A DNA stretch of 37,210 bases, taken from Trichomonas gallinae. Its lineage: Eukaryota. A program made the translations under genes and the position numbers. This document shows positions 11,076 to 20,063 of this stretch, one piece after another (within the stretch, counting starts at the first letter, position 1; every line of letters starts with the position of its first letter). The DNA lies in assembly GCA_008369845.1 (NCBI GenBank), contig MRSU01005112.1, positions 1 to 37,210 of the forward strand, written 5' to 3'. A model generated the notes under the pieces. That model saw nothing but the letters and a program-made list of their open reading frames with translations, did no database searches and was not told the DNA's origin.

Positions 11076-11282
11076 ATGGAGGCTTCATCCGAACAAGTCA
11101 AACTCGCTGTCGTTAAGCAGGTCATCGGCCGCACAGGCTCCCGCGGTGGTGTCACACAGGTCAAAGTTGAATTCCTTGATGACTCAAACCGCTCACTTGT
11201 CCGTAATGTTAAGGGTGCTGTTCGTGAGGGTGATATCCTCTCCCTTCTCGAGACAGAGCGTGAAGCCCGCCGCCTTAGGTAA
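11076..11282 (+). CDS. RPS28: 40S ribosomal protein S28 (eS28), 68 aa
   Basis: Diagnostic [16 protein letters not shown]...[26 protein letters not shown] with strongly biased codons. The start is moved from 11052 to 11076 because the extra 8 codons are the core-promoter motifs. Confidence 0.97.
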   Translation: MEASSEQVKLAVVKQVIGRTGSRGGVTQVKVEFLDDSNRSLVRNVKGAVREGDILSLLETEREARRLR

Positions 11283-12098
11283 ATTTCTTCACACTATTAC
11301 TCTAATATAATATTACCTGTATATTGAATAAAATTTTGACATGTAAAGTCAAAAATAATAAACTCGATGTAATCAAATGTTTCTGTTTTTCAAAATGATT
11401 TAATTCGGATGGCTAATCAAGGTACAAAATAAATGTTTGCAGTACAAGTAGTATATTTGCAGCATTAAATCATGAAAATGAGAAAATATTTTATTTTTCA
11501 TAAAATATTCTGTCTCTCATATTTAATACAACAAAAATTATATGAGTATAACAAATGTATATATTAGCGAATTGTTTAATATTAATTTTATTATTTTTAA
11601 ACTATATTTTTGATTTATGGGAAAAGTAATTTCATTAGGGTAAAATGTAATCTAATGATGCTAAAGAAGCTATCTATTTCACTGTTGCGCATTAAAAATG
11701 ATTTTTTGTACCCATAAAAAAATAAAAATTAGCGAAAATCAACGAAACAGTTAAACTTTTTGCCGATATAATGGTATATTAGTATGAGTTGATGGCTGCC
11801 AAGTGTAAATAATGATCTGAAAAGGAGTAAAAAATAATGTTCTCGATTAGAAAAAGTATTTTAAATAGGAATTGAGCAATTTGTCACTTTTACATTATAA
11901 GTTTTCGAGTATAATATTGTACACAAGTAAATTATCAGGTAGTGTAAATCACTTTTAAATGCCATCTCAAATATTTGTTAGCACACATTGAAAAATTATT
12001 CATTAAAAAATTAATTTAATACTGGGCTGATAAATATTAGGAAAACATTTTTGCTAATATAGGAAAACTGACATACAAAAAATTGACAAAAACAAAAA

Positions 12099-12665
12099 AT
12101 GACTACGATTGAAGAACTTTTAAATAGAAAGGTCCCACTTCCACCCTATCCTAAGGAGACTGTACAACAGCCGGTGGTTTCTCAACCGAAACCTGAACCG
12201 GCAGTAAGTTTTGAAGATCCAACGAGCATTTATGCAAAATCCGCGCCATACACGTTACTTGATGATTTATCAATTTTCAATGTCATTATGAAGTACTACG
12301 GTGATGGCTTCCATGGTAAGATCCCCTGGTCTTTCTGGCAGACATACAAGCGAGTTTCTGGATCAACGAGATCTAACTCTAGTTTGTATCATCACTGGAA
12401 TGGCTCGATGAGAAAGAAATACGAATCTTTTATAACAACAGGACGTCTATCTGACTGTATCGCTTGGCTAGAAACGGCAATCCAAGCCGAAAGATCTCCA
12501 ATACCTTCAATGCAGGACATGCTCCCGCATGCGGGTATGCCGCTTATGCACATGAAATCACAGCCTGCAGTGCCGCTGGTTCCTCGTATAGTACAAATGG
12601 AGCAACCGTCGCCGCTTGTTAGAAACGCGTCGTTCGTGTCTCCTTATCAGTATTTTCCGATGTAA
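12099..12665 (+). CDS. Myb/SANT-like (Rap1-type) domain protein, putative DNA-binding (188 aa)
   Basis: YTLLDDLSI...FWQTY...RSNSSLYHHWNGSMRKKY follows the (F/Y)TxxDDxxI...W...(R/H)SxxSLxx(R/H)(W/Y) Myb-like pattern, with Pro-rich flanks. Confidence 0.6.
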   Translation: MTTIEELLNRKVPLPPYPKETVQQPVVSQPKPEPAVSFEDPTSIYAKSAPYTLLDDLSIFNVIMKYYGDGFHGKIPWSFWQTYKRVSGSTRSNSSLYHHWNGSMRKKYESFITTGRLSDCIAWLETAIQAERSPIPSMQDMLPHAGMPLMHMKSQPAVPLVPRIVQMEQPSPLVRNASFVSPYQYFPM

Positions 12666-13739
12666 TTGTATATTATTATATTATGCTTGTAAAACTTTCA
12701 AAATTTTAGAAATCAAAAAAATTATCATACCTCCACTATACATATTTTGGAGGCGAGTAATACAAGCAATGACTACTCATACTATGAAACAAACGTTACA
12801 AGCTCATTTTTCTATTAAAGTGCCTCAAGATTTTCATATTTTAACTGCCAGAGAGTGTTTGACTTAATTACTACAACAAAATTGCTCACGTTAGTCATAG
12901 GCGAGTGTGTTCATCAAATATTTATTAACTGTAAATACGTTATTTGCTTTAAACTGTAATTATTTCGTCATATCTCATAAATTTGCTCGGGAATGAATTA
13001 TATGCTATGCACAAATGGAATATTAATGTAGCAATCTAACAATAAAAGAATGATAAGGTTGTATAAATGACTATTTCGATCAAAAGAAAAATAATTTAAA
13101 ATTTTCATCCCCCTTTTGATCATCTGCGGTTTAGTAATAATTGAGAATGGGCTATGCTGCATAAATAATTATAATTAAAATCTCAAACGTTACTTTCGCT
13201 ATGTCACCCTCAAAAATGCCATAAAATAGTGAATAAATCTTCGTGGAGCCCTTTTTTCGTATTTTTCGCGACAATTTTAATATGCAATTTTACAAAAAAG
13301 TGGCAGACAATCAAATTCAATGCATAAACTGCACGTTCGATTTTGATGATGGATAGATAAATTGCTTGTATTATAAAACATTTTTGTCGATTTATTTTCT
13401 CTAAAATCAACGTTTTTTGAACATTACAAAAAAATTTGAATTAAAAATGCATAATTAGAAAAATTATTTAATTTCATATCTATTTTTCAAATCTACGGAT
13501 TAAATAACTTACCATTCTTCTGCATATGATACTACTAAATGAGCTCTATACATATTCAGAGTTTTGTGCTCAATGGATAAAATTTGATTTTGATCGAAGA
13601 AATTCTACTAATAATATATGCTAAATAGATGTTTATCTATGAATAAATATCTCCCATATTGTCATAATATTATATTTATCTTGCATGTTTCCCAATAAAT
13701 TAAATATTCATTGTTTCATATCAATAAAAAATTTAAAAT

Positions 13740-13786
13740 ATAGGATTCAAATCTTTTTATGCGGATTAAATAGATTTAAATCCTAT
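13740..13786. repeat. 20-bp imperfect inverted repeat (hairpin, 7-nt loop)
   Basis: ATAGGATTCAAATCTTTTTA-TGCGGAT-TAAATAGATTTAAATCCTAT; 18 of 20 positions are complementary. Confidence 0.75.
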
Positions 13787-13892
13787 CAGATATCATTTAT
13801 TGCATTATTTTATTGCGAATTTCCACTGGACAAAACTCAAAATATTAAAAGACATAGTTTTATTGGATAACAGTAATAAATATAAATCAACA

Positions 13893-16532
13893 TTATTTCA
13901 CAGATAAAACTTTGTGGAATCGAGAAATTCCATCAACGGAGAGCAACTCTCCGATATCGAAAGTGAACGGCCTGATCACCAGAACCTTCAGCATGAATTT
14001 CTCAAGCATTCCGCTGAACGAAAAAGTGGTTTTTCCTACAACAAAGAAATCGCTGTTCTTCGGCTGCTTCATTTCCACTCTATGCTCTCCATCGTGTGGC
14101 GTTATTACTTCTAGGGCCATGTCAACGTAGAACGGGAACACTTGAGTGGCAATTTCGCTGTGAACTAAAAATCGGACGAAAATGTCTGGAATTTTCACCG
14201 ATATTATTGTTTCGATTCCTTTGACTTCTCGTTTGACTGTCAGCATCGAATGCAGCTTCCTTGCTATCTTCTTTGGTGCTTCTATCTTCACTACATCGCC
14301 CTGCTTGACGACATCGAATGCCTCCGAAGAAACTTCTTCGATTTTCGCGTCGCTGCGGAGAAGAATTGTGTCGTTGCCTGATATGGCTGTGAGCGGCGGA
14401 AACTCGCAGCAGTCTATGTCAGCCCTACAGTGTGCGAACCTGACAACATGGTTCTCAGCAGTATAAGACACCAAGAAGTCAACAGAATACTTGCAGACAT
14501 CATGGCATACAGTCGAAAACACTGAAACAGTTTCAGGAACTTGTGAATCCAATGAATGTCTCTGTCCTGTTGACTGCCTCGGTGAAATCATTTCTATATC
14601 AGCAGTGGTGTTGACAACGACGTGTAGACTCGTTAGCCTGCCGACAACGGTAGATGTCTTGAGTGTGATTTTGACTGGATGGTTTGGAAATGTGTCGTTG
14701 CGTTCGCATTCGCATGAAACATTTATCAGAGGCGGATCTTTGATGCAGTCGAATCTTAACGGGTCCTGGAATGCTGCAAAGACAGGGGCAACTCCATTCC
14801 ACAGGAAAGAAACACCTCGGACAGTAACTACACCAGTTTTGAGGCTTTTGAGTTTCATTGTCATCATTTTCGCTTTTTCGATGTCAACAGATTCTATTAT
14901 TTCGCTCTCCATCGGACCTTCGACGGTCAATGTCAGGTTTGTTGCGTTGAAGGGCTGCAGAGGCTGAAGGGTGAAGTTAACAGTCGCAATTTCGCCAACT
15001 CCAACACTTGTCTCTTCAACGAGGTCACTTCCCCATGCAGAAGCCACAAACTTGTCTGTTGAGCTTTGCGCAACAACAGGGAAGAGTTTCTTGCGAATCT
15101 GAGACCATTGTTCGAGCGAAATTCCAATTGGAGGAGGACTCATTGGGAAACCTGTCTGTAAAACAGACACATTATGGACAGATACTGATCCTATAGGAAC
15201 AGGCTCGTCAAGTTCGAGTTCTCTGAGATATTTAACAATATCTTGAACATGATCGAGAGATCTATGCTGGAGGACGTTGTGAAGCTCATATGGGATATCG
15301 TCTGTTGCTGCAACCTTTAATAAAAGAAATTCTTCGAGATTTTGCCATCCACAGCCATGGATGCTGTTAAATATCTTCCAAAGACAGATTTTCTCATTCT
15401 GATGGAGATGCAAGTTTCCATATGAATTTGCAGCTCTGAATAAAAGAAGTAAAGATTTCGATGTTTTCAAACAATAAGAAGCAGCTTCAAAAAGTATTGG
15501 ATATGCAACTACTTTGAATGGGTTATCGCCCTTTATCAGCATTTTGATTAATCGCATTAATATTTTCGATGAAATTAAAAGATCGTTGTGTGTTGCGCAA
15601 TAATAGCTCATAATGAACATGGATTGATAGAATGGGAAAGTTGTTGCCGGAGCTTTATATGTTGGCAAGAAGAAATCGCGAAGATTTAATTCGTCTGTTG
15701 ATAGAAGCGAAGAAACAGCCATAACGATCATTAAGCTTTCCTCTACCTTGGGGTCAGTCTCAACTAACTCCTGGTAGAGCTGCTGGTAGTAAATTGAAGC
15801 GTTTTCATAATCTGCGATCGCTAAACAAAGGTCACCAAGCTGTTTTAATGTAAGAACAAGCGTAGCTCTCGATATTCTACCGCTAAATCCTAGTAATCTA
15901 CGAACAGAATTTCCAAATCCGTGCCAATTTTCGCGGACAAATGTTGTTGTCGTTTCTTTCATTTCTTTTATCATATGTGATGCTTTGAAGTGCGTAATAT
16001 TCAGTATATGGTCATATAAACCTTCTGCCGATTCGTCTTTGCAAAGATAATAATCTTTCGATGGCGGATATTGCGGATTGACGACTATATTACACATTGC
16101 TATGTTTTTTGTAAAGTCAGTAGCCCATTGAGGAAATGGAATTTCGAGTTTTTGCGGCACGGTACATAAATAAATTATGCAGATCGGAATATCTAAGAAT
16201 AAATACGGGGTTAACTGATTCCTATCGAAGAATAGCTTAATCCAGTATTGAAGCCATGGCAATTCTGGAGTTTCAGCCATGACCGATGGATCAGCGATTG
16301 CATATGAAAGGTTATCGACTGTACTTTTTACTTCATCCGGCAGAATATCTGGTTCTCTGTACACCAGTCTGAACTTATACGGACAAGTTCCTAAATCTTC
16401 GATTCGCTTCCATGTATCTTGAAAGTTTTTAAGCAAATTAGGATATATTTCGGTTATTCCTGGCTCAGTATATACGTAGATGCATGTTTTGTACCTCTCT
16501 TTCAAGATTTCCTTGAATTCGATGTACTGCAT
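13893..16532 (-). CDS. TRAPPC8: TRAPP III subunit Trs85/TRAPPC8-like protein (879 aa)
   Basis: Motifs collinear with TRAPPC8: PWLQYWIKLF..YLFLDIPICIIY (cf. PWFESY..HEFLNHYLACM), KQLGDLCLAIADYENASIYY (cf. RKMADLCF...YDLAYSCY), GWQNLEEF (cf. GWSLAEDH), VGEIATVNFTLQPL (cf. VEEPITVEVAFRNPL), and Ig-like beta-rich C-terminal domains. Confidence 0.7.
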   Translation of the reverse strand: MQYIEFKEILKERYKTCIYVYTEPGITEIYPNLLKNFQDTWKRIEDLGTCPYKFRLVYREPDILPDEVKSTVDNLSYAIADPSVMAETPELPWLQYWIKLFFDRNQLTPYLFLDIPICIIYLCTVPQKLEIPFPQWATDFTKNIAMCNIVVNPQYPPSKDYYLCKDESAEGLYDHILNITHFKASHMIKEMKETTTTFVRENWHGFGNSVRRLLGFSGRISRATLVLTLKQLGDLCLAIADYENASIYYQQLYQELVETDPKVEESLMIVMAVSSLLSTDELNLRDFFLPTYKAPATTFPFYQSMFIMSYYCATHNDLLISSKILMRLIKMLIKGDNPFKVVAYPILFEAASYCLKTSKSLLLLFRAANSYGNLHLHQNEKICLWKIFNSIHGCGWQNLEEFLLLKVAATDDIPYELHNVLQHRSLDHVQDIVKYLRELELDEPVPIGSVSVHNVSVLQTGFPMSPPPIGISLEQWSQIRKKLFPVVAQSSTDKFVASAWGSDLVEETSVGVGEIATVNFTLQPLQPFNATNLTLTVEGPMESEIIESVDIEKAKMMTMKLKSLKTGVVTVRGVSFLWNGVAPVFAAFQDPLRFDCIKDPPLINVSCECERNDTFPNHPVKITLKTSTVVGRLTSLHVVVNTTADIEMISPRQSTGQRHSLDSQVPETVSVFSTVCHDVCKYSVDFLVSYTAENHVVRFAHCRADIDCCEFPPLTAISGNDTILLRSDAKIEEVSSEAFDVVKQGDVVKIEAPKKIARKLHSMLTVKREVKGIETIISVKIPDIFVRFLVHSEIATQVFPFYVDMALEVITPHDGEHRVEMKQPKNSDFFVVGKTTFSFSGMLEKFMLKVLVIRPFTFDIGELLSVDGISRFHKVLSVK

Positions 16533-16555
16533 CTATAGTACGGAATTATGGCAGG

Positions 16556-16641
16556 TTTACACGTCAGAAACGATTATTTCACCAAGAAAAAAACAGCAAT
16601 TTGACAAATTGAAATCCGACAAATAAATACTTTACACGACA
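16556..16641 (-). promoter_or_regulatory. Two TG(A/T)CGTGTAAA elements upstream of TRAPPC8
   Basis: TTTACACGTCA at 16556-16566 (23 nt upstream of ATG 16532) and TTTACACGACA at 16631-16641. Confidence 0.55.
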
Positions 16642-17189
16642 GCAAATTATAAAAGTGATACAATTATTCTATAGAACAACAATTATAAAAGTCCGACAAA
16701 TAAAATTACTCGTGTCAAACCATGCATATGGTTTCTAATTTTGACAATGCATATTTCTATTTCCAAAATGAAAAAATTAATTTCGAACCACAAGCTTTTG
16801 GCAAATCTAAGAATATAACAGTTACTGTTCCAAATTTAATCAATTATACCAATTTATTCAATCGTAATTCTGATTATGATATCAAAAATTTAGTTATAAC
16901 AAAAAAATGCGAGTAATTTGTGATAACCAAAGTGTACAAAAAGTGTCGTATAGAAGCATGCTGATAAATTGAAAACACTTAAGCAATTCGGTAATTAATC
17001 TTATATTCTAGAATGCATTTTATTCTTGCTGTGTAAAGATTCATTCCAAATTGATTATGTATATGTATAGCAGTATGACTGCACTAAGTTTTTAGCAGTA
17101 TTAAATAAAACAATTCTGTAAAATCCCATATATATATAATCGAGTCGTCACTTTTTACATCATAATAACCTTAATTAAATTTCTGTCTG

Positions 17190-17885
17190 ATGAATTTGGA
17201 TCCAAAATGGGAGAAACAAATCCTAGCAGATGTAGCGAGATTGAGAATGGTTTTGGCCCAGAAAGCAGATAGATCAGCCGTAGAACAAATTTCAAGATAT
17301 AATGATGAAATTATTAACCTAAGAATCACAAATGCAACGAGACTGGATCTTTCGAACAAAGATCCAAATGATCCTGAAGTCATTTGCCAAATGTGCATTG
17401 ATAACGATGATATGGAAACTGCTTTCTTGACTATTCTTAAACATATTGAAAATCTAGCATCTTCTAAGGCTGAAGTTAAAGCTGTAGAAACAAAAGCATC
17501 GAAAAAATACGTCGAAAACTTATTTGATAGACTAAATTCGATTAATCGTCAGCAAATACAAGAAGCTAACGCAGTATTAAGAGATACTCTTGAGGCAAAG
17601 CTTAACACACTTAATAATTCATTCGATAATTTCACGAAAAAGGTTAGTTATCAAATTGATGATTGTGTTTCAAGATGCGAAGAGTTAGAAGAGTTTATAC
17701 AGCATGCAAAAGAAGTTACTCAAAGAAGAGGCGAAACTCCTAAAAATTCGAAACCAAGTACTCCAACTCGCGGCCCACCAACTCCAAAAAGAGGGATTTC
17801 TCAAGCTGTGCGATTTACAACTCATTTTGAACGCTTGCCAACGAAGAAACCAAAGGATACTCAACTATTTGTTTCAACAGTGTAA
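17190..17885 (+). CDS. Hypothetical helical/coiled-coil protein with basic Pro/Thr-rich tail (231 aa)
   Basis: ATG-initiated ORF with coding-like composition; Inr-like TCACTT at 17148-17153. Confidence 0.75.
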   Translation: MNLDPKWEKQILADVARLRMVLAQKADRSAVEQISRYNDEIINLRITNATRLDLSNKDPNDPEVICQMCIDNDDMETAFLTILKHIENLASSKAEVKAVETKASKKYVENLFDRLNSINRQQIQEANAVLRDTLEAKLNTLNNSFDNFTKKVSYQIDDCVSRCEELEEFIQHAKEVTQRRGETPKNSKPSTPTRGPPTPKRGISQAVRFTTHFERLPTKKPKDTQLFVSTV

Positions 17886-18255
17886 TTTCAACCAAATTTT
17901 ATGCATTAATTACAATGAAATGCATAAATTATTCAAGATCTAATGACAATTCATGTGATCTTAGCAAAATCAATTAATCAAATTTATTGAATCAAATTTT
18001 CATTAAGAATTTTCAACAGAACACATAATAGATGCTCTGAAAACCGCATAATTTGCAATATACGAATATGTGCACATATGCGAAATCATCAATTAAACAA
18101 ATTCAATCCTTTTGAAAAAATATTCTAATCGTTTAATGCAAAATATCTTGTTACATTAACGTTACAAAAGTATTTGATGTATACAAACATATTAAATAAC
18201 AATATTTAAAATTATCAAATTATCAAAACATAATTATATCTAAGAAATAAAGAAT

Positions 18256-18850
18256 TAAGTTGTTCAATGCAAAATCGGACCATGAATATTCCTTCATGTC
18301 AATACCTGAGTCCGATCTTCTGAGTCAACTACTGTGGTGTTCCACACGTATTAACACAGCCCTTGAACATAATAAAGAACTCTGCATCAGACAAAATATG
18401 TGCATAGCATGAGTGTTTTCTCACCTACGTATTTTAATTCATCTCCTGGACCTTGTGGCTTTGTCTTGATCAAATGAAGCTATTGGCTCATTAGGCAACA
18501 AAATTTTTAATATCTAGGAAAGATAATGCTGCAGCGAGCTTCTTTCGATCACCACTTGGAGAGTCTTTAAGATGCTCCTTCTTCATGTCAGCGATGAGAT
18601 GGTCTTCCGTTCTCTATGCTACATTCTTGTCGGGTCTGTGTACCAATGAATGCATGTAAAAGTGTTCGTTTGGAGTCATCTCGAAACATAGATGAGGAAA
18701 GATAGATAATATAGTTCTATCCTTCATGTCCCTTAGATTTATGCCCTCAATTTATATTTCTCCTTAACTTTCGTTTCTTTTGTCACCGGATGCTTCTTCT
18801 TCAAAGAAATCGTGATTGCCTAAAGTTTTGTTCGCGTTTTTATTAGCTCG
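18256..18850 (-). pseudogene. Degraded ABCA-subfamily ABC transporter nucleotide-binding-domain fragment
   Basis: Minus-strand translation across stops and frameshifts gives, in the correct order: ANKNANKTL (decayed Walker A), GEI*IEGINL, HLCFEMTPNEHFYM, SPSGDRKKLAAALSFL (signature region), LLPNEPIASFD (Walker B/D-loop), KTLMLCT/HILSDAE (H-loop), FIMFKGCVNTCGTPQ*LTQKIGLRY (ABCA post-NBD motif). Confidence 0.8.
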
Positions 18851-19106
18851 CTATATTCTAACATTCTCAACAATGGTGAGAATTTCTGAACATATGAGAA
18901 TTCCTGCAAATTTCATGATATAATATGGCCTCTGATTCAAATCTTTCCAACAAAAAAAATGAAATTTTCAATCATTAATATAATACAGATAATAATGATT
19001 GGGATAAACAAAATCATCTTAACTTCTTTTTATGAAAATATTCTTAATCTCCTAAACATGATATTTTAGTAGTTTATTAGCAAATGAAAAAAATGCCTAT
19101 ATTTAT

Positions 19107-19204
19107 TTTACATGACAAATAATAGAATTTACATGTCAGGGAATATTTTACATAAAAGGTCAGATTTTTTTATCGTTAATTATAGAAAAAAATCTCAGCG
19201 GTTT
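19107..19204. promoter_or_regulatory. AP-sigma promoter: two TTTACATG(A/T)CA elements plus M3-like AGCGGTTT
   Basis: TTTACATGACA 19107-19117, TTTACATGTCA 19128-19138, partial TTTACAT at 19147, and AGCGGTTT 19197-19204. Confidence 0.55.
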
Positions 19205-19230
19205 TGACATTAATCGCAGGATAGAAAAAT

Positions 19231-19689
19231 ATGATACATTTCTTCCTCGTTTTTAATCGCCAAGGCAAGGCCCGTCTTTCAAAATGGTATGAACCACAGA
19301 CAAAGAAATCAAAAGATAAAATCACACGCGAAGTTTCAAACGCAATTTTAAGCCGTCCATCAAACTTCTGCACATTTATCGAATGGAAGGACAAAAAGCT
19401 CGTTTACAACAGATATGCATCCCTCTACTTTGTCATGTGCGTGGATGTCAACGATAACGAGTCAATGATGCTCGATGCGATTCACTTCTATGTCGAAACA
19501 CTCGATGCCTTCTTCGGCAATGTTCGTGAAGTCGATATCATCTTCGGTTTCCACTACGCATACATGCTTCTCGATGAAATCATCCTCGCTGGTGAATTCG
19601 TCGAATCTTCTCGCGTTAATCCAATCCAGTCACTTGTTGATCAGCGTGAAGCTATTCTTGCTGAGCCTGGTAAGGCATTCGAGCTTTAA
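19231..19689 (+). CDS. AP1S: Clathrin adaptor complex small chain, AP-1 sigma-like (152 aa)
   Basis: NRQGKARLSKWY, FCTFIEWKDKKLVYNRYASLYF and ETLDAFFGNV..DIIF..AYMLLDEIILAGE match the sigma-adaptin consensus, closest to sigma-1. The stop is in TAAA. Confidence 0.9.
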   Translation: MIHFFLVFNRQGKARLSKWYEPQTKKSKDKITREVSNAILSRPSNFCTFIEWKDKKLVYNRYASLYFVMCVDVNDNESMMLDAIHFYVETLDAFFGNVREVDIIFGFHYAYMLLDEIILAGEFVESSRVNPIQSLVDQREAILAEPGKAFEL

Positions 19690-20063
19690 ATATAATACGA
19701 CTATTTTATCTTTTTTTTATTAACAATTAAAATCAAATTTCATAAATCCAACAGTTATTTCTCTACAAAGCCTTTTTATCCCTAATTGTGCCATAAAATA
19801 CAACCTACATCACAAATAATGTTGGAAAACAGACATAAATAATTTTTTTTTAATATTATTTCAGCAAAAACTTATAAATCTACAAGAATTAGACACATAT
19901 ATTTCTGGAAATATCATGGCCTTTGTATTTTTCTAGTTTTAGATTAATAAATAAAATATCGAATATTAGAAAATAATATATAGCTAGTAATAATTGGTTT
20001 GCCATAAATAATTTAAGGTTTTGTTGGAGTATGATTTTAATTAACAAACAATTAAAATTAATT

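Noticed and set aside
11023..11310. 95-aa ORF overlapping RPS28 in another frame
   Set aside because: It has a TTG start, no recognisable features, and is explained by the RPS28 codon bias.
16722..16916. 64-aa ORF with faint resemblance to the end of a BspA-like surface protein (QAFGKSKNITVTVP)
   Set aside because: Too short, very AT-rich and with no repeated LRR unit; it cannot be supported without a search.
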